Position numbers and translations under genes: made by a program. A DNA stretch of 64,000 nt, taken from the IMG/VR virus record IMGVR_UViG_3300028048_000069, positions 32,001 to 96,000 of that record. The stretch is one strand, 5' to 3'. The DNA comes from a virus (taxonomy: Duplodnaviria; Caudoviricetes). This document shows, one piece after another, positions 29,067-39,412 of this stretch; position 1 is the stretch's first letter; the number at the start of each line of letters is the position of its first letter. Below the pieces are notes generated by a model that had not been told where the DNA came from, searched no databases, and saw only the letters and a program-made list of their open reading frames with translations.

Positions 29067-30773
29067 ATGAAAATAAGAAATGTTTTATCACTTTTTGATG
29101 GTATATCTTGCGGTCAATTAGCATTACATAGAGCAGGTATAGAATATGACACATATTATGCTAGTGAAATAGATAAAAATCCTATTTACATTACTCAATA
29201 TAATTTCCCCAATACAATTCAGTTAGGGGATGTAGAAAAATGGAAAGAATGGGATATTGATTGGAGTAAAATTGACTTGTTAATCGGCGGTAGTCCTTGT
29301 ACAAATCTTTCAATCGCTGGAAACAGAGAGGGGTTAGAAGGAGAAGAATCAAGATTATTTTACTCTTATGTAGATATTCTTAATCATATTAAAAAGTTTA
29401 ATCCTAATGTAAAATTTTTACTTGAAAATGTTGAGAGTATGAGTGATGAAAATAAAGGCATTATAAATAATTATATGGGGTGTAAGCCTGTTATGATAAA
29501 TTCAGCATTACTTTCAGCACAAAATCGTAAAAGATATTATTGGGTTAATTGGCATTTGAAAAAGGAAAGTTTATTCGGACTTCCCACCTGCACGATACCA
29601 CAGCCAAAAGACAAAGGCATTGTGCTAAAAGATATTTTAGAGAGTAGTGTTAAAGAAATTAAGGAGCCTAATTTAGCGCATTATTTGAGAGAGTTTGGTT
29701 CGAAAGGAAAAATATTACTGGATGATGAAAAAGCATCCACTTTAACTGCTGCTATGGGTGAAGGCGGTGGAAATGTTCCTTGTGTGGCAAATGAAGTTTC
29801 TCAAAAGTATTATTCTGGCAGAATTGTAGGGAGACCTTTAGATGAAAACGGAAAGAGAAAAGACAATGCCAATCTTGAACTTACGCAAGTTGTAGAAATA
29901 AGTTCCGACCCAAATAAAGCAAATAATTTAAGCACAGTTCAAAAAGATAATGTAATTGTAGAAAAAATAGATGCTAGTTGTTTAAGGTACGAAAGAACGG
30001 AAGAAGGTAAGAAATTAAGAAAACAGTATGAAAATGGTGAAATTAAACATGGTTATAATGAACATAGAATGTTATCACCTAGAACTGATGGTAAGACAAA
30101 CACTCTTACAACTGTAGAAAAAGATAATATGATTTTTGAACCTATTTGTGTAAATAGCCAAAGTGGTCGAGCAGATGGTTTAGCAAAACAACCTTCTTGT
30201 GCGGATAGAATTTATGATGTTAATGGAAAAAGTGTAGCATTGGCGAGTGGGTGGAAACAAAATATAGCAGAACCTATGAATAATTTTGTTAAAAAGAAGT
30301 ATGAAGAGTTTGCTACTGAAAAAGGGTATATTCCCACACAATTTAATCCCTATAATAAACAAGAAATTACTGATAAAGCACCTTCACAGACTACTAGAGC
30401 AGGTTCAACCGCAACAAGTAGCACTGTACTTATGTTCGAACCTTATAGATTAGGAACTTTAGAAGGTAGAAGTACAGGTCAAGCAAACAGAATATATTCA
30501 GTTCAAGGGAAATCTATTTGTTTAAATGCTAATGGCGGTGGTGGCGGTGCTAAAACTGGTTTATATAAAATAAATCTACCAGATGGGGAATATATTATAA
30601 GAAAACTTACTCCTATTGAATGCGAACGACTACAAACAGTGCCAGATAACTATACAGAATATGGTTTAAACGGAGATAAAAAGGTTAAAATTTCTAATGG
30701 TGCTCGATATAAAGCATTAGGAAATGGATGGACAGTAGATGTAATCAGTTATATATTTTCATTTTTAGTATAA
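29067..30773 (+). CDS. C5-cytosine DNA methyltransferase with very long variable region
   Basis: SLFDGI, GSPC, LENV, QNRKR, RKLTPIECERLQ, LGNGW. Confidence 0.93.
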   Translation: MKIRNVLSLFDGISCGQLALHRAGIEYDTYYASEIDKNPIYITQYNFPNTIQLGDVEKWKEWDIDWSKIDLLIGGSPCTNLSIAGNREGLEGEESRLFYSYVDILNHIKKFNPNVKFLLENVESMSDENKGIINNYMGCKPVMINSALLSAQNRKRYYWVNWHLKKESLFGLPTCTIPQPKDKGIVLKDILESSVKEIKEPNLAHYLREFGSKGKILLDDEKASTLTAAMGEGGGNVPCVANEVSQKYYSGRIVGRPLDENGKRKDNANLELTQVVEISSDPNKANNLSTVQKDNVIVEKIDASCLRYERTEEGKKLRKQYENGEIKHGYNEHRMLSPRTDGKTNTLTTVEKDNMIFEPICVNSQSGRADGLAKQPSCADRIYDVNGKSVALASGWKQNIAEPMNNFVKKKYEEFATEKGYIPTQFNPYNKQEITDKAPSQTTRAGSTATSSTVLMFEPYRLGTLEGRSTGQANRIYSVQGKSICLNANGGGGGAKTGLYKINLPDGEYIIRKLTPIECERLQTVPDNYTEYGLNGDKKVKISNGARYKALGNGWTVDVISYIFSFLV

Positions 30774-30797
30774 TATAGATACCGCAGAGAGAAACAT

Positions 30798-31589
30798 ATG
30801 ATTGAGACCAATAAAATATACAATGCTGATTGTATTGAATTTATGGGGGATATGTCAAAGGAGAACCTAAAGGTGGATCTCGTTTTGACATCTCCCCCTT
30901 ATAATACATCTAGAGTAACTGGTACTTTGGAAAATTATGAAAAAAGATACGATTGCTATCAAGAAGATAAAAGTAATGCCGATTATGACGAGTGGACATT
31001 AAATGTTTTTAAAGGGTTTGATAGTATTCTTAAAGAGAATGGGTGTGTAATTTATAATATTTCCTATGGCAACGAAAATCCAAGTCAAATGTTCACCTGT
31101 ATCAATAAAATTTTAGTAGGAAGTAATTTTACTATAGCAGATGTTATAGGGTGGAAAAAGCATAGTGCTATACCTAATAATGTTAGCCATAATAAATTAA
31201 CAAGAATTTTTGAATTTGTGTTCGTATTATGTAGAAAATCGGAATATTCTACTTTTTATTGTAATAAGAAGATGCTTAATAAAAGTATTACTGGCCAGAA
31301 AATATACGAGAATATTTATAATATAATTGATGCGCGAAATAATGATGAATCAACAAGTTTAAATAAGGCAACATTTAGCACAGAATTTGTTTGTAAACTT
31401 CTCAATATATACGGAAGGGAAAATGGATTGGTATTTGACCCTTTTATGGGTACAGGGACAACTGCTATCGCTTGTAAAAAATATGGTCTATCTTATTTAG
31501 GTACAGAACTATCAAAAGAACAATGCGAGCACGCCAACAGTAGATTGTCTGGTACTTCTTCCCCATTATTTAAACATAAGTTTAATTAA
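30798..31589 (+). CDS. N4/N6 DNA methyltransferase (beta class)
   Basis: TSPPY; DPFMGTGTT. Confidence 0.9.
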   Translation: MIETNKIYNADCIEFMGDMSKENLKVDLVLTSPPYNTSRVTGTLENYEKRYDCYQEDKSNADYDEWTLNVFKGFDSILKENGCVIYNISYGNENPSQMFTCINKILVGSNFTIADVIGWKKHSAIPNNVSHNKLTRIFEFVFVLCRKSEYSTFYCNKKMLNKSITGQKIYENIYNIIDARNNDESTSLNKATFSTEFVCKLLNIYGRENGLVFDPFMGTGTTAIACKKYGLSYLGTELSKEQCEHANSRLSGTSSPLFKHKFN

Positions 31590-31593
31590 TAGT

Positions 31594-31932
31594 ATGAGAT
31601 ACGAAACTAAAAAGGGTTTATTTAAACCCAAACCACTACCTATTTCTAAAATTTATAATAATAGGATGGAAAATGACAAGAATTTTACTTACATAATTCT
31701 TAATTTTTCTAAAGAGCCTGTTATAATAAACTTATTGTTTGAATATGTAAAAAGTCTGCCTTTTACTTTAAGTTCAAAGTATTTTAAGAAACAGTTAAAA
31801 TTATTAGAACCACTAACAGTTGATGAACAGATACGAATTATTAGTAAAACTGTTGAAAAAGGTTGGAAATCTTTACTTTTTGAATATAACCGAGTGGTTA
31901 AAGAACGATTGGGCGAGTTAGATAGCGAGTAG
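31594..31932 (+). CDS. Hypothetical protein (possible replication-initiator-like fragment)
   Basis: 112 aa; IISKTVEKGWKSL pattern; upstream of dnaC/dnaB. Confidence 0.4.
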   Translation: MRYETKKGLFKPKPLPISKIYNNRMENDKNFTYIILNFSKEPVIINLLFEYVKSLPFTLSSKYFKKQLKLLEPLTVDEQIRIISKTVEKGWKSLLFEYNRVVKERLGELDSE

Positions 31933-31934
31933 AT

Positions 31935-32747
31935 ATGGGTAAAATATTGAATGATAAGTATTATACCCCCAAAGAATTAGCAAAAAGGCTTATAGAAACT
32001 ACTTTTTCTGTGTTGGGAAGGGATAATATAACAGATATCATCGAACCTTCTGCTGGGAATGGTTCTTTTTCTTCTCAAATTAACTGCAAAGCATACGATA
32101 TAGAACCTTATGGCGAAGGTATTATTAAACAAGATTTTCTAACATTAAACTTGTTTTATAAGAAGGGTAGATTAATAATTGGAAATCCGCCTTTTGGAAC
32201 TAATAATTGGATGTCGGTGAAGTTTTTTAAAAAGGCTTGTACATTAGGAGATTTTATAGCATTTATACAGCCTATATCTCAATTAGATAATAATATACAG
32301 ATGTATTATTTTGATTTGGTGTATTCGGAAGATTTAGGTATTGTAACATATACAGATAGAAAATTACACTGCTGTTTTAATATATATAAAAGACCTAAAT
32401 GTGGTATAAATACTAAACCAAGTTATGTTCTAAAAGATATAACTATAATTGAGCATAGAAGAAAGAAGGGAAATTATCAAACAGCAGAAAATAAGGAAAT
32501 ACTTCCCAATTATGATTATGCTATGTGTAATTGGGGAAATGGTAGTTTAGGTAAGGTACCTGAATTTGTTGGGCAGTATGCACAGGAAGTTTATTTTTAT
32601 TGCCACAATAAGGAATTTTTGCCAAAAATGTTAGAATTATTAGAGTTCAATGCCATTAGAAAATATGTGAACTCAATAAGTATGAAGCGCATATCTGTGA
32701 TGCGACTATACAAGTACCTTAAAGATAATATAGTAGGCATTAAATAG
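31935..32747 (+). CDS. N6-adenine DNA methyltransferase (gamma-like motif order)
   Basis: YYTP, EPSAGNGSF, GNPPF. Confidence 0.85.
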   Translation: MGKILNDKYYTPKELAKRLIETTFSVLGRDNITDIIEPSAGNGSFSSQINCKAYDIEPYGEGIIKQDFLTLNLFYKKGRLIIGNPPFGTNNWMSVKFFKKACTLGDFIAFIQPISQLDNNIQMYYFDLVYSEDLGIVTYTDRKLHCCFNIYKRPKCGINTKPSYVLKDITIIEHRRKKGNYQTAENKEILPNYDYAMCNWGNGSLGKVPEFVGQYAQEVYFYCHNKEFLPKMLELLEFNAIRKYVNSISMKRISVMRLYKYLKDNIVGIK

Positions 32748-32776
32748 TATAAAATTTATTTTAGTAAAATATAAAT

Positions 32777-33460
32777 ATGAACGATAAATGTATTTTCTTT
32801 GATGTTTGCCAAACAAAAGAGCATTGTTCAGTAGATTGTATAAGGTATGCCGAAATGACATACCTTATCAATCATAGTGGTTTGCCCGCTACATTGATTA
32901 AGCGCAATACATTGACACCAGATAAAGTAGATTATGATGCTTTTATGTACTTGGCTGATATTAAGGATGAAATAGTAGATTTTGTCAATAATGGAAGAAA
33001 TTTGTATATTTATTCCACTACTACTGGTAATGGTAAAACTACTTGGCTTTCAAAACTACTAAAATCTTATTTCAATCAAATTTGGGCAGGAAATGGTTTT
33101 AGAACCAGAGGCTATTATATTGACCTACCTGCATTTTTTATGGATCTAAAAGATGCTATCAATCATCCAAGCGACGATTTAGAAGAACGAAAGGAATTTC
33201 TAAAGAATGTAGATTTATTATGTGTTGATAGCATTTCTCCAATAACTGTAAGTGAATTTGAAATAAATCATTTGTCAAATATAGTTGACCATCGTATAAA
33301 CAATGGTCTGGCCACAATATATGGGTCTAATTTAGATGAAAATGGCTTATTAAGGTTCTTCGGAACGAGGTTAAAAAGTCGTATATTCAATAGTTCAGAA
33401 ATAATACGATTTCAGGGTGTTGATAGAAGGAGTCAGAAGTGGTCGACGCACAAATTTTAA
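32777..33460 (+). CDS. DnaC/IstB-like helicase loader ATPase
   Basis: TGNGKTT Walker A, SNL, SRI..S, GVDRR. Confidence 0.8.
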   Translation: MNDKCIFFDVCQTKEHCSVDCIRYAEMTYLINHSGLPATLIKRNTLTPDKVDYDAFMYLADIKDEIVDFVNNGRNLYIYSTTTGNGKTTWLSKLLKSYFNQIWAGNGFRTRGYYIDLPAFFMDLKDAINHPSDDLEERKEFLKNVDLLCVDSISPITVSEFEINHLSNIVDHRINNGLATIYGSNLDENGLLRFFGTRLKSRIFNSSEIIRFQGVDRRSQKWSTHKF

Positions 33461-34716
33461 GTAAAGTTTTAGATACAGGTAACATAGAAATTGTTACTCA
33501 TAATGGTCTAAATTCCGAATATTTTCCAAACTATGAGAGTGAGTTTAAATTCATATTAGACCACTATCGTCAGTATGGTGTTGTACCAGATAAAGAAACT
33601 TTTCTTTCAAAGTTTCCAGATTTTACTATTGTAAAAGTAAACGAGTCAGATACTTACCTATTAGACCAACTAAACGAAAACTTCTTGTACAATAGGATGG
33701 TTCCTATTCTAACTAAAGTACAAGACTACCTAACTAAAGAAGAAGATAGCAGAAAGGCAGTAGAATATCTTCAGCAAGAACTTCCATTTTTAACAAGTAA
33801 ATTAAGATTAGAAGCACAAGATATTGTTAAGAATGCTGATGTTCGTATTGAAGAACTTGAGAAAAGAAAAGATGGCAAGTATTTTATAACCACAGGATTT
33901 CGTGAGTTAGATAATGCTCTAATGGGTTGGCAACGCGGAGAAGATTTAGTAACAGTAATGGGTCGTACAAATGAGGGTAAGTCGTGGTGTTTATTAAAAT
34001 TTTTAGAAGCAGCATGGTTGGCTGGATACAGAGTAGGTTTATATTCAGGTGAAATGAGTGGAATACAAGTTGGGTTTAGGTTTGATACTATTTACAATAA
34101 TTTTTCAAATACTGTTTTAACTAAAGGTTCTCAAGACATTGAAGCATATAAAGAGTATGTTAAAGGGTTGAAAGAAAAAAATTCATTCTTTGTTATAACC
34201 CCAGAAGATATGGGTGGAAACTGTACAGTTACTAAACTAGAAGCATTTATCCAAAAGTATAAATTGGATATTTTAGGTGTCGACCAGTACAGTTTAATGG
34301 ATGACGAAACCTTTAAACCAGGTCAACCACTTCGTGTAAAATATGATAACATCAGCAAAGGTTTATTTCAGTTAAGTTGTAAATATCATATTCCTGTATT
34401 AGCAGCAGTACAAGCAAACAGAGCATCAGTATCAAAAGATAAAAAGAATAAGGCTGAAGGTCCAAAATTAGAGCATATTTCAGAAGCAGATGCTATTGCT
34501 CATAATAGTTCTCGTGTTATTGCTATGCGCCAAAACGAAGGTAATCTTGAATTTGAAGTGGTTAAAAACAGAATAGGTGGTCGTAATGGAAGATATATTT
34601 ATAGATGGCTGATTGATACAGGTAAGTTTGAATATGTTCCTACTTTAGCAAATAATGACAGTCAACAAGTAGAGCAAATTAAAAAACAGTTTAGAGATAA
34701 AGAGGACATATTTTAA
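33439..34716 (+). CDS. dnaB: Replicative DNA helicase
   Basis: TGF..LD, GRTNEGKS, SGEM, VDQY, QANR, KNR. Confidence 0.9.
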   Translation: MVDAQILSKVLDTGNIEIVTHNGLNSEYFPNYESEFKFILDHYRQYGVVPDKETFLSKFPDFTIVKVNESDTYLLDQLNENFLYNRMVPILTKVQDYLTKEEDSRKAVEYLQQELPFLTSKLRLEAQDIVKNADVRIEELEKRKDGKYFITTGFRELDNALMGWQRGEDLVTVMGRTNEGKSWCLLKFLEAAWLAGYRVGLYSGEMSGIQVGFRFDTIYNNFSNTVLTKGSQDIEAYKEYVKGLKEKNSFFVITPEDMGGNCTVTKLEAFIQKYKLDILGVDQYSLMDDETFKPGQPLRVKYDNISKGLFQLSCKYHIPVLAAVQANRASVSKDKKNKAEGPKLEHISEADAIAHNSSRVIAMRQNEGNLEFEVVKNRIGGRNGRYIYRWLIDTGKFEYVPTLANNDSQQVEQIKKQFRDKEDIF

Positions 34717-35402
34717 TGATAAATTCTATTGTTAAGGGCGATTGTTTAGAAGTTCTAAACAGTATAGAAGATAATAGTATTGATTGTATTTTTACTGATG
34801 TTCCTTACAAGCAAGATTTTCATAATAGGGGAATGAGTAAAGATAGACCTAACCATATGAAAATCAAAGAATATGGTAGCGATAGCGAACTCGATTATAC
34901 AGCATTTTTTAATTTATGTATTTCTAAATTAAAGCATATAAATTTCTTTACTTTTTGTGATAAAGAAACTAAATTTGAATTTATAAAATTGGCTAAAGAA
35001 AGGGATTTTGGGTATAAGGAGTTATGCTTTTGTAAAACAAGTCCCGCGCCATTCTGTAATAATCAATGGCTACCAGATGTAGAGTATGGGATACACATAT
35101 TTAAAGATTTAGAAGTAATGGGTTCATATGAAACAAAGAGGTCATTTTTTGTAATGGTTAATTTTAAAGAGCCAAACATTGACCATCCAACCGCTAAAAA
35201 GGTTTCAGTATGCTGTCAAATTCTTAAAAATATAACGAAGGAAGGTCAGTTAGTGCTCGACCCATTTAGTGGTAGTGGAACAACCGCGATTGCTTGTAGT
35301 AGAATAAAAAGAAATTTTATTTGTATTGAAAAGAATGAAGATTATTATAAAGCAAGTTGTGAAAGATTAAAAACAGAACAATCAAAAAAGAGATTATTTT
35401 AA
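34716..35402 (+). CDS. N4/N6 DNA methyltransferase (beta class)
   Basis: TDVPY, HPTAK, DPFSGSGTT; ends KKRLF. Confidence 0.88.
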   Translation: MINSIVKGDCLEVLNSIEDNSIDCIFTDVPYKQDFHNRGMSKDRPNHMKIKEYGSDSELDYTAFFNLCISKLKHINFFTFCDKETKFEFIKLAKERDFGYKELCFCKTSPAPFCNNQWLPDVEYGIHIFKDLEVMGSYETKRSFFVMVNFKEPNIDHPTAKKVSVCCQILKNITKEGQLVLDPFSGSGTTAIACSRIKRNFICIEKNEDYYKASCERLKTEQSKKRLF

Positions 35403-37309
35403 TGATAAAAGTAAATAATACCTATATAACAGCGAGTGTTGAAGATATAGTGGGTTTATTAAAAACCCATTTATCACTTATGGGCATCAATTTATTAAAT
35501 CAAATTCGGCCTGGAAGAGATAATATACAAGTAACTTGCCCAATACATAATAATGGGCAAGAGAGAAAACCTTCTTGTGGCATAAGAACAACAGAAGAAC
35601 AAGGTAAGGAAGTAGGTTCTGTTCACTGTTTTACTGATGACACAAAGGTAATAACATATGATGGAACAAAAAGGATAAAAGATATAGTTGGAAAAAAAGT
35701 TTTTGTATTAAATGGAAATGGATTTTGGGAACAAACTATTTTTAAGTCTTATGGTATTCAAGAACTTTATAAACTTACTTTAAGAAGAGATGGTCATTAT
35801 AAGATTATATATACAACAAGTGATCATTTATGGAAAGTTAGAAGTAGAAAAAATTTTATACCTACAAAAGAACTAATAAAAAATCAGAGGTTAGAAAAAG
35901 CTGTTCCTAATAATATATCTCTAAATATAATAGATGAAGGTATTATACATGGATTTATATTTGGAGATGGAAGTATAAATAGAGTTTATAAAGACGGTAC
36001 ATTCAAGTATAGGGTTCATTTTTTTACAAATGATAAGATGAATGTTTGTAATAAATTTTTTAAGAATTTTGAAGGAGGCGAAGGATATAAAAATTATCCA
36101 TATCCATACAAATTTGTTTCATCTAGTATTAATTATAAATCTCTTCCTATTACAAATAATTTAGATTATTTATATAGTTTTATTGTTGGGTGGTTTGCTG
36201 CAGATGGTTGTGTTTCACAAAATGGTGTGTGTTCTATTGCAAATATAGATGAAAAAAATATCGATTTTTTGGTAGATACTCTTCCAAAATTAGGTATAGC
36301 ACATTTTGGAAAAAGATTTCAAAAAAGAGAACCTAATGATACTTATATAGATAAGGAATCAATTATATGGAAACTTACATTCGCTGTAAATACATTGCCA
36401 AATAATTTTTTTGTAAGATATTCTGAAAATCCTATTAATAGAGTAAAAAAATATGATAGACTTAAATGGACAGTGCAAAAGGTTGAAAAAACAAATACAA
36501 AACAAGAAGTGTTTTGTTGCGAAACAAAATCACATACATTCACTCTAGAAGATTTTATTTTGACCCATAATTGTTTTACTTGCGGATACACAGCATCATT
36601 ACCTGTATTTATTAGTAATTGTTTTGGTAAAAGAGATGGTGGGAAATATGGTCAAAAATGGCTTTTAAAGCACTTTTCTGGTATAGATGGAGTAAGTGAT
36701 AGAAAACCGATTATAGACCTTTCTAGGGGTAAAATAAGCCAAAATACAGATAAAACCTATATAAGCGAAGAAGAACTAGAATCCTATAGATATATCCATC
36801 CCTATATGTATAAGCGCGGTTTAACAGATGAAATTATTGAAAAATACGATATTGGGTATGATAAGAATACAGATTGTATAACAATGCCTATAAGGGATGA
36901 AAGCGGAAGAACTTTATTCTTTTGTAGACGTTCGGTAAAAAGTAAATTTTTTAGTTATCCAGAAGGGGTTGAAAAACCTATTTATGGCATATATGAGTTG
37001 CCAAAAGATTGTAAGGAATTAGTAGTTTGTGAGAGTGTATTTAATGCTTTAACCTGTGTAAAGTATGGTATTAGTGCCATCGCTTTATTAGGAACTGGAA
37101 ATAAGTATCAGTATGAACAAATAAAGAGATTGCCAGTAAGAAAGATTATTTTAGGATTTGATGGTGATGATGCAGGTGATAGAGCAGCGATTAGATTTGC
37201 TCAAAATGTTACAAACAAGATTATTTGCAAATATGAAATTCCGCGCGGAAAAGATATAAACGATTTAAGTAAAGAAGAATTTTATAATTTAAAAATGGTG
37301 TCCATATGA
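35402..37309 (+). CDS. dnaG: DNA primase (CHC2 Zn finger + TOPRIM) containing an intein
   Basis: CPIH...H/CFTC Zn finger, VCES, GFDGDDAG, KDIND. Confidence 0.88.
   Translation: MIKVNNTYITASVEDIVGLLKTHLSLMGINLLNQIRPGRDNIQVTCPIHNNGQERKPSCGIRTTEEQGKEVGSVHCFTDDTKVITYDGTKRIKDIVGKKVFVLNGNGFWEQTIFKSYGIQELYKLTLRRDGHYKIIYTTSDHLWKVRSRKNFIPTKELIKNQRLEKAVPNNISLNIIDEGIIHGFIFGDGSINRVYKDGTFKYRVHFFTNDKMNVCNKFFKNFEGGEGYKNYPYPYKFVSSSINYKSLPITNNLDYLYSFIVGWFAADGCVSQNGVCSIANIDEKNIDFLVDTLPKLGIAHFGKRFQKREPNDTYIDKESIIWKLTFAVNTLPNNFFVRYSENPINRVKKYDRLKWTVQKVEKTNTKQEVFCCETKSHTFTLEDFILTHNCFTCGYTASLPVFISNCFGKRDGGKYGQKWLLKHFSGIDGVSDRKPIIDLSRGKISQNTDKTYISEEELESYRYIHPYMYKRGLTDEIIEKYDIGYDKNTDCITMPIRDESGRTLFFCRRSVKSKFFSYPEGVEKPIYGIYELPKDCKELVVCESVFNALTCVKYGISAIALLGTGNKYQYEQIKRLPVRKIILGFDGDDAGDRAAIRFAQNVTNKIICKYEIPRGKDINDLSKEEFYNLKMVSI
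35627..36571 (+). mobile_element. Intein with LAGLIDADG homing endonuclease (315 aa) in primase Zn finger
   Basis: CFTDDT..., TSDHLW, GFIFGDG, GWFAADG, ...LTHN/C. Confidence 0.92.
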
Positions 37310-38178
37310 TAGATTTATTACAACCAATTATTAAATGGTCTGGGTCTAAAAGAAGTCAAGCATCTAAAATTGTATCTTTATTAAATGATACATATGAAAT
37401 ATATTATGAGCCATTTTGTGGTGGATGCTCAGTATTATTTTATATTTTAAATTATTGTCCAAATAGATTTAGTAAATATATTTGTTCAGATATAAATAGA
37501 GAGTTGATTGATACATTTAATATGATTAAAAATAACCCACAAGAAATTTTTAATAATTATAAAATAATGTGGAAAGAATTGAATAAAGATAATGACTTAG
37601 AACGAAAGAAAAATTATTTTAATAAAATTAGAGAAGAATTTAATAAAACAAAAGATGCCAAATTATTCTTTTTTATTATGCGAACAACAACTAATGGTAT
37701 GCCTAGATATAATTCCAATGGTGAATTTAACAATTCATTTCATGTGACAAGAAAAGGAATAAATCCAAGTAGATTAGAAACAATTTTATATCAATGGAAT
37801 AAATTATTAAATAGATTTAATGTGGAATTTTTACACTGCTCGTATGATTCTATAAAACCATCCAAATATGATTTTATGTATTTAGACCCGCCTTATGTTA
37901 ATACCAGGGGTATGTATTATGGAACCATAGATTATGATAATTTATGGAGATTTTTAAAAAACTGTGATTGCGATTATTTTTTAAGTTTAGATGGAATCGC
38001 AGGTGATGAAATTAATATTGTAGATATTCCTAAAGAATTGTACAATCAACATCTTTTATTGTATAGTGGGAATTCTTCTTTTAGAAGGGTTATAGGAAAA
38101 AATACACATGTTAGTGTTAAAGAGAGTTTATATGTTAAAACTAATAAACCTCATAAAGAACAAATAAAATTATTTTAG
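37306..38178 (+). CDS. Dam-like (D12 class) adenine methyltransferase
   Basis: KWSGSK, YEPFCGG, RYN..G.FN, YLDPPY; ends IKLF. Confidence 0.92.
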   Translation: MIDLLQPIIKWSGSKRSQASKIVSLLNDTYEIYYEPFCGGCSVLFYILNYCPNRFSKYICSDINRELIDTFNMIKNNPQEIFNNYKIMWKELNKDNDLERKKNYFNKIREEFNKTKDAKLFFFIMRTTTNGMPRYNSNGEFNNSFHVTRKGINPSRLETILYQWNKLLNRFNVEFLHCSYDSIKPSKYDFMYLDPPYVNTRGMYYGTIDYDNLWRFLKNCDCDYFLSLDGIAGDEINIVDIPKELYNQHLLLYSGNSSFRRVIGKNTHVSVKESLYVKTNKPHKEQIKLF

Positions 38179-38180
38179 TG

Positions 38181-38258
38181 TATGAAATACCGCGTGGTAA
38201 AGATATTAATGATTTAACTAAAGAAGAATTTGATGGGTTAAGAAAGGTTAGAGTATAA
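38181..38258 (+). repeat. Diverged duplicate of primase 3' end (relic of 37232-37309)
   Basis: Translates YEIPRGKDINDLTKEEFDGLRKVRV* versus primase YEIPRGKDINDLSKEEFYNLKMVSI*. Confidence 0.9.
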
Positions 38259-39028
38259 TGTCCGATATAAAATTATACAAAGGTGATTGTTTGGATGTGC
38301 TGAACACACTAGATGCTAATAGTGTTGATTTGGTTGTTACTTCACCACCTTATGATGACCTTCGTGAGTATAATTCTGTTATTGATTGGAAACAATTAGC
38401 AACCGCTTTGTACAGAGTAATAAAAGAAGGCGGAGTTGTGGTGTGGAATGTTAATGATAAAGTTATTGATGGTTCTAAATCATTGACATCTTTTAAGCAA
38501 TGTATTTTATTTAATGAAATTGGTTTTAATGTTAATGATGTTATGATTTGGAAAAAGGCTAATCCAATGCCACAAGTAAAACAGCCTAGGTATAATCAAG
38601 TATTCGAATATATGTTTATATTTTCTAAAGGAAAACCAAAAACATTCAATCCAATTATGGTAGATTGTAAATGTGCAGGTCAAAATTATGCTAGTACTTG
38701 TAAAAAGATTACTACAGGTAAAGAGCGCGAGTATAAAGAGTTTGAAATAAATAGTAAGAAGGTAGCCGATAATATTTGGGAATTTGCTATTTCTCAAAAT
38801 AAAACAGAACACCCTGCTGTTTTTCCATTGGAGTTACCTTTAAAACATATAAAATCTTGGTCGAATAAAAACGAATTAGTATTGGATCCATTTATGGGTA
38901 GCGGTACTACAGGTATTGCTTGTAAGATGCTGTTTAGAAATTTTATAGGAATAGAAATAGATGAAAACTATTTTAAATTAGCGGAGAGAAGAATATCTGA
39001 TACCTATGTTCCTACTCCATTATTTTAA
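38258..39028 (+). CDS. N4/N6 DNA methyltransferase (beta class), paralog of 24897
   Basis: TSPPY, HPAVFP, DPFMGSGTT; ends TPLF. Confidence 0.93.
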   Translation: MSDIKLYKGDCLDVLNTLDANSVDLVVTSPPYDDLREYNSVIDWKQLATALYRVIKEGGVVVWNVNDKVIDGSKSLTSFKQCILFNEIGFNVNDVMIWKKANPMPQVKQPRYNQVFEYMFIFSKGKPKTFNPIMVDCKCAGQNYASTCKKITTGKEREYKEFEINSKKVADNIWEFAISQNKTEHPAVFPLELPLKHIKSWSNKNELVLDPFMGSGTTGIACKMLFRNFIGIEIDENYFKLAERRISDTYVPTPLF

Positions 39029-39030
39029 TT

Positions 39031-39411
39031 ATGAAAAAGCAAATAAATAATATTTTTACGGATATACCAAAAACATTACTAAATTTAATTTCTAGTGTAA
39101 TGGTCAATGGTGTAGTATATAAAAATTTAAAAGATTGGTGCGCCAATATAGTAGAAGGGGAAAATATTATTATAATAAATCCACTTAGTAGTACTAACAG
39201 AAAGGTTATTGTAAAAGAAGTAGCACTCCACGATACTCCATATTTTAAGTTTAATGAATTATATAATAACAACAATCCAATACCTATGGTAGAAATGTAT
39301 GGAGTACTTTTGGAAGAAAAAGATAAAACTGTTAAAATGGATTTATGGGATAAAGAACATAAAGTGCATTGGTCTGGATGGCTATTAAGAAGTTGGATTT
39401 TAGAGTGGTAA
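39031..39411 (+). CDS. Hypothetical protein
   Basis: 126 aa ORF in operon. Confidence 0.6.
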   Translation: MKKQINNIFTDIPKTLLNLISSVMVNGVVYKNLKDWCANIVEGENIIIINPLSSTNRKVIVKEVALHDTPYFKFNELYNNNNPIPMVEMYGVLLEEKDKTVKMDLWDKEHKVHWSGWLLRSWILEW

Positions 39412-39412
39412 A

